From NCBI RefSeq assembly GCF_008000775.2, contig NZ_CP042905.2, positions 120,001 through 152,000 of the forward strand: DNA of 32,000 bases, in the 5' to 3' direction. The notes below the pieces were generated by a model, which had not been told where the DNA came from, made no database searches, and saw only the letters and a program-made list of their open reading frames with translations. Below, piece by piece: positions 27,114-32,000 of this stretch. This DNA is from Promethearchaeum syntrophicum (GTDB taxonomy: Archaea > Asgardarchaeota > Lokiarchaeia > Sigyniarchaeales > Promethearchaeaceae). The first letter of the stretch is position 1. The number at the start of each line of letters is the position of its first letter. A program made the position numbers and the translations under genes.

Positions 27114-29693
27114 TTGGAAAATTTATCCATTATGTATGTTCTAGTTATCAAGGGAGATTTATGGTTCTATATTTCAATTCTTGCAGATTTATTAGGAATT
27201 TTCCTTATTATTGTTCAACATTGTGCAATTCAAAATAATTTTCTGATTAGACTAAAAGAAGTTTCAATTTTTTATGAGTTTACATTTCTTTTTTCACTTA
27301 TTTTTTGGGGTTTAAAATTAATATATTTCTTAGAAATTGATTTCTTGTTAATATCGATTACAACTGTAATATTTTTATACAATTTTTTATTAAATATTTT
27401 TTTAAAACACAAAAAAATCCCTTCATTGAATTTGAAAAAACCTGATTTTAAAGATTATAAGAATGGGGAAATCAATTTAGGAACAATTCTTTATAATCGG
27501 GAAATTTTAAGACAATTTAAACTTAATATCGAAGATTTAAAAAGACATATAATTATTTATGGGCAAACCGGAACCGGTAAAACAACATTCCTTAATAATT
27601 TCCTTCATCATTTTGAGAAGATATATCCTAATATACATTTTATTTTATTTGAATTTAAAGGGGAATATGGGGACCTAATGAAAGATATTAAATCAATCAA
27701 TGTTATTCGACCCGGATTAAATTTTTTTTTTAACCCTTTTGATAATGACATTTTTCCCAAAGAAAACTATGTTGAGATTTTATTTGATGCTTTAAAATCT
27801 TGTCAAATCATAGAATCTAACAGTGATTTCTCTCCTCAGATGGAAAAAGTTCTAATTGATGCATTAAGAATAGTATGCTCGGATAAGAATAAACAATCCT
27901 GGGAATATTTCTTTAAAATACTTGATAGCTATGCTAAAAAGAATAAAAATAATATCCCCCAATTAAATCAAACGATTATTAGTATAACAAATCGATTAAG
28001 GAGATATTATGATGGACCATTAAAATCCCTCTTTGATTTTTCGTTAAAAACAAAGAAGATATCTGATTTATTGAAGCAAAATTATATAATTGATTTAGGG
28101 AGCATATTAAATTTAGGTGGTTCTAAAGAGGATGTTATTTTTTTCGCGAATTTAGTTCTCAAATGGATTTGGGAATATAATATGAAAAAAAAGCCTACAA
28201 ACGAATTAGAACATTTAACAATCTTCGAAGATGCTTCTTATATTGCTTCAAAGAAAATGTTAGAAACCACAAAAATTTCGACATATCTTGAAGATATTGC
28301 TATGCTTCTTCGTGGAAAAGGAGAAGCTTTGATAACTTTAACCACAACATTGGATATTAGTAAAAATATAATTAGAAATTCAGGATCTAAGTTTTTTTTT
28401 AAATTTAATGAAAAAAATGAAGATGTTATCCATTTTCTTGGATTTAGGAGTAATATTCCTTTAAAGACCAATGAACTGACAACTGGGTATTGTTTGGCAA
28501 AAATTGACTCAATTCCCGATGCTTTCTTATTGAAGATTAGAAATACAAATAAAAAAAAAAAATTAAAGAGGAAGACTAAGAATTTGAAAAAAAAAGACGA
28601 TCTAAAGATAATAAAGAAAAGCGAAGAATCTAAAAAAATTAAAGAAAATGATCTTATTGAAAAAAAACATATATTAGGTTCAACTTCTCTAAAATTCATT
28701 AACGACAGAATACAAAACATGTTAAAAATCGCTGAAAATTTGATCAAACAAAAAAAATATGATCAATGTGTAAAAAAAGTCTTTCTAGCGTACAAAGAAT
28801 TAATAATGAAGTATCGAAATTTCATAAAGATCCCTGAATTTACTACTATCGCTAATTTTTACGAAAAATTAAAAATGGATTTCTATTGGAAATATTCAAT
28901 ATTATGTAAAAACACTTTATTCTATATTAAACTAAGAGAAAATTACAAAAAAACAAAAAAAATTACATTAAATGAAGCTTCAATGTCTTTGGATAAATTA
29001 AAAATTATTTTTTATAAATTTCAAGAATTAGCAAATAATAATTTGAAGAATAATCATGAAAAAAATGAAGGTACAAATATGTGTAATCAAGAATTTAAAT
29101 CTGAAAAAAATAATTGTGGATATAACGTAAACTTATATTATTTCCATAGAATAATTGGTCCAGAATTATTTCACCAGATAGGATCAACTAGCTTTTCTGA
29201 AAATATGAATACACAAATTCCCAAATATATGGATATTAATATGGGAGAAATGAATGTATCAATTGAAAATTTCTGTTTTTATATTAATATATTTGAAATT
29301 GAATCACAATGGGCTAGAGGAAATAAAGAACTCTTAGAATTTGTAATTTTTTATGATCAAGAAAAACTTTCTGAGAAAGATATTTCAAAAAAAATTAAAA
29401 ACTTAGCCAGAAGCTTCGTATCTAAATTAAAATCAATTAATTCACTATATTTTGCTTTTTATATTGATGATTCAGAGAAATTAAAAGGAAACAGAGAGAA
29501 AATTACAAAAGAAGCCAAATTACTTAAAAAAGAATTATTGGAGTTCTATCAGATAATAAATAAATCAAATTTTACAAGGAATCCTATAAAAATAAAAAAA
29601 GAGTTCGAACATGGTAATTTATTCCCAATTTTCATGAAAATCGAAAACGAAATTCAAAAACTTCTGATCAAGGAGAATTCTCATACAAATTAA
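27114..29693 (+). CDS. Membrane-anchored HerA/VirD4/VirB4-like P-loop ATPase with long Lys-rich linker and C-terminal domain of unknown function
   Basis: 859 aa; hydrophobic N-terminus, Walker A 'GQTGTGKTTFLNNFL' (27561-27587), Walker-B-like 'LTIFEDAS', 'LLRGKGEALITLTTTLDISKNIIRNSGSKFFFKF'. Confidence 0.8.
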   Translation: MENLSIMYVLVIKGDLWFYISILADLLGIFLIIVQHCAIQNNFLIRLKEVSIFYEFTFLFSLIFWGLKLIYFLEIDFLLISITTVIFLYNFLLNIFLKHKKIPSLNLKKPDFKDYKNGEINLGTILYNREILRQFKLNIEDLKRHIIIYGQTGTGKTTFLNNFLHHFEKIYPNIHFILFEFKGEYGDLMKDIKSINVIRPGLNFFFNPFDNDIFPKENYVEILFDALKSCQIIESNSDFSPQMEKVLIDALRIVCSDKNKQSWEYFFKILDSYAKKNKNNIPQLNQTIISITNRLRRYYDGPLKSLFDFSLKTKKISDLLKQNYIIDLGSILNLGGSKEDVIFFANLVLKWIWEYNMKKKPTNELEHLTIFEDASYIASKKMLETTKISTYLEDIAMLLRGKGEALITLTTTLDISKNIIRNSGSKFFFKFNEKNEDVIHFLGFRSNIPLKTNELTTGYCLAKIDSIPDAFLLKIRNTNKKKKLKRKTKNLKKKDDLKIIKKSEESKKIKENDLIEKKHILGSTSLKFINDRIQNMLKIAENLIKQKKYDQCVKKVFLAYKELIMKYRNFIKIPEFTTIANFYEKLKMDFYWKYSILCKNTLFYIKLRENYKKTKKITLNEASMSLDKLKIIFYKFQELANNNLKNNHEKNEGTNMCNQEFKSEKNNCGYNVNLYYFHRIIGPELFHQIGSTSFSENMNTQIPKYMDINMGEMNVSIENFCFYINIFEIESQWARGNKELLEFVIFYDQEKLSEKDISKKIKNLARSFVSKLKSINSLYFAFYIDDSEKLKGNREKITKEAKLLKKELLEFYQIINKSNFTRNPIKIKKEFEHGNLFPIFMKIENEIQKLLIKENSHTN

Positions 29694-29761
29694 ACCTTTG
29701 ATTATTGGGGAGTTCGAAATTACAATAACTTTTTATGAGGTTTAATTGTATATTTTACCAT

Positions 29762-30973
29762 ATGTTGATTGGAATAGTTGGAAAGCCATCATCAGGTAAA
29801 AGTACTTTTCTAAATTCTGCTTGTTTAACTGAAGCTAAAGTGGGAAATTATCCTTTTACGACAATTGAACCGAACCTAGGAAAAGGTTTTGTACGGATAG
29901 AATGTATATGTAAAGAATTTAATGTAAAAGATAATCCTAAGAATTCGATTTGTAAAAATGGCATTAGATTTATCCCGATTAAACTTTTAGATGTTGCTGG
30001 GTTAGTCCCTGATGCTCATATTGGAAAAGGAATGGGTAATAAATTTCTTTCTGATTTATCACCTGCAGATGTATTATTACATATTATAGATATTTCTGGA
30101 AGTTTAGACGCTGAAGGGCAAGAAATTGATGAAGGATCGAGAGATCCAATAGAAGATATAAAGTTTTTAGAGAAAGAAATAAATTTTTGGTTTAGAGATA
30201 TTCTTATAAGAAAAGATTGGCAGAAATTTGTACGGAAAATTGAACAAGAAAAATTAAGCTTTGTTGATGTGTTTTATGAACGAATGGCAGGGATTTCTGT
30301 AAAAAAAGACCATATCTATTTAGCAATGAAGGAGTCTAATTTAGATTTTGAACATTTAACAGTTTGGAGTGATGAAGATATTTTACATTTTGCAACGAAA
30401 CTTCGTGAAATTTCAAAACCAATTATTATTATAGCAAATAAAGTTGATAAACCGAAAGGTGAAGAACTTTTAAAAAAGATCTCAAAGATTTATAAAAATA
30501 CTATCCCATGTAGTGCTTTAGCAGAACTTTGGCTAAGAAAATTTGCTGAAAAAGGAATGATTGAATATATGCCCGGGGACTCACATTTCAAGATTATTGA
30601 TAAGAACGGGTTATCTTCCCAAGAAATAGGTGCCCTAAAGAATATTGAAGATAAAATATTAAATAAATTTGGGAGTTCTGGTATTCAAGAAATAATAAAT
30701 TATGCAGTATTTAATGTTTTAAAACAAATAGTGGTCTATCCTGTATATGATCTTAATACATATTCTGATAAAGATGGAAATGTGTTACCAGATGCGCATC
30801 TTATTGAGAGTGGTACTAAATTAAAAGATTTTGTTGATGAAAAAATTCATTCTGATTTAGCAAAAAACTTTATTTATGGAATAAATGGACGTACAAAAAT
30901 GAGATTGGGTGAATCATATATTTTACAAAATCATGATATAGTTAGAATTGTGTCAGCTTCAAAAGGAAAATAG
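29762..30973 (+). CDS. Archaeal YchF-like OBG-family GTPase with C-terminal TGS-like domain
   Basis: 'IGIVGKPSSGKSTFLNSACLTEAKVGNYPFTTIEPNLG', 'LLDVAGLVPDAHIGKGMGNKFLSDLSPADVLLHIID', 'ANKVDKP', C-terminal 'LPDAHLIESGTKLKDFVDEKIHSDLAKNFIYGIN...VRIVSA'; ATG at 29762 favoured over 29735. Confidence 0.94.
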   Translation: MLIGIVGKPSSGKSTFLNSACLTEAKVGNYPFTTIEPNLGKGFVRIECICKEFNVKDNPKNSICKNGIRFIPIKLLDVAGLVPDAHIGKGMGNKFLSDLSPADVLLHIIDISGSLDAEGQEIDEGSRDPIEDIKFLEKEINFWFRDILIRKDWQKFVRKIEQEKLSFVDVFYERMAGISVKKDHIYLAMKESNLDFEHLTVWSDEDILHFATKLREISKPIIIIANKVDKPKGEELLKKISKIYKNTIPCSALAELWLRKFAEKGMIEYMPGDSHFKIIDKNGLSSQEIGALKNIEDKILNKFGSSGIQEIINYAVFNVLKQIVVYPVYDLNTYSDKDGNVLPDAHLIESGTKLKDFVDEKIHSDLAKNFIYGINGRTKMRLGESYILQNHDIVRIVSASKGK

Positions 30974-31002
30974 AAAACCAGAGAATTTGATTTTATATCC
31001 AT

Positions 31003-31131
31003 TTATTCATTATCACGTGATGATAAAGCAATATAAACCAGCAAAATAGCAATTAAACCTATGCTAAATAATTGTAATATTAATTTATACTGATCCATAT
31101 CCCAATCAGATATTTTAAGTGGAAAAAACAT
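31003..31131 (-). CDS. Possible 42-aa single-TM small protein
   Basis: Not in the supplied track; reads MFFPLKISDWDMDQYKLILQLFSIGLIAILLVYIALSSRDNE*; one hydrophobic helix. Confidence 0.4.
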   Translation of the reverse strand: MFFPLKISDWDMDQYKLILQLFSIGLIAILLVYIALSSRDNE

Positions 31132-31239
31132 ATTAATTCTAAAAACCCTCTTAAATAATTAAAAAATTTTGGTACATATTTTCTAGTACTCATTAACCTA
31201 TTTTTTATTAGGATATTAATTATATTTTACAATTTTAAA

Positions 31240-31312
31240 TGGACCCAGGGGAATTTGAATCCCCGACCCCCTGAGTGCAAGTCAGGTGCTCTACCAACTG
31301 AGCCATGGGCCC
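31240..31312 (-). tRNA. tRNA-Ala (TGC)
   Basis: Acceptor GGGCCCA/TGGGTCC with G3:U70; anticodon arm CCTGA-CTTGCAC-TCAGG. Confidence 0.96.
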
Positions 31313-31405
31313 TCTAAATCAAAAATTATTTGTAATTAAAAAATATTACAAAATTATTTACATTTAATATTATATCAAAAAGAACTTAAAAAAGAAAAAG
31401 AAGAT

Positions 31406-31425
31406 CTATGGGCAAATGCCCATAG
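31406..31425 (-). terminator. Perfect hairpin CTATGGGC-loop-GCCCATAG just downstream of 16S, followed by a pyrimidine-rich tract (possible terminator or processing element)
   Basis: Minus strand: CUAUGGGC-AUUU-GCCCAUAG then AUCUUCUUUUUCUUUUUU. Confidence 0.5.
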
Positions 31426-31434
31426 AAATGTTGT

Positions 31435-32000
<566 letters not shown>

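Noticed and set aside
27114-29693. Interpretation as part of a conjugative/integrative element
   Set aside because: No relaxase, VirB-like partner, integrase, or attachment-site repeat in the flanks; neighbours are a chaperonin and a YchF-like GTPase.

Overview
This 32 kb AT-rich window looks like an archaeal chromosomal segment, most likely Asgard/Promethearchaeota. That assignment is an inference from an archaeal-type gene set combined with a Rab/Ras-like GTPase, a roadblock-like protein, a RING-like zinc protein and FtsZ. I see no convincing mobile element, CRISPR array or defence island. Informational genes dominate: NAC, a KH-RIO1-NMD3-DUF424-aIF2beta-OB cluster, an RPA-like protein, Tsr3, a group II chaperonin, a YchF-like GTPase, a Ncs6/TtuA-type thiolase and a ThiI-like PP-loop protein. 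There are five tRNA genes, three of them interrupted by introns, and the 3' end of a 16S rRNA gene. Points worth a second look: (1) a Rab-like GTPase fused through a PKPEPKPYIPPER repeat linker to a zinc ribbon, next to another zinc-ribbon-tailed protein; (2) tRNA-Leu(UAG) interrupted inside the D arm by a 39-nt intron with a textbook bulge-helix-bulge; (3) a group II chaperonin whose likely catalytic Asp is Asn and whose GDGTT motif is GDGAS; (4) a membrane-anchored HerA/VirD4-like ATPase with an unexplained C-terminal region; (5) a 16S-tRNA-Ala pair with no 23S behind it; (6) an M50 protease with a perfect EF-hand loop; (7) a RING-like eight-ligand zinc protein. All assignments come from reading motifs; no database search was run.
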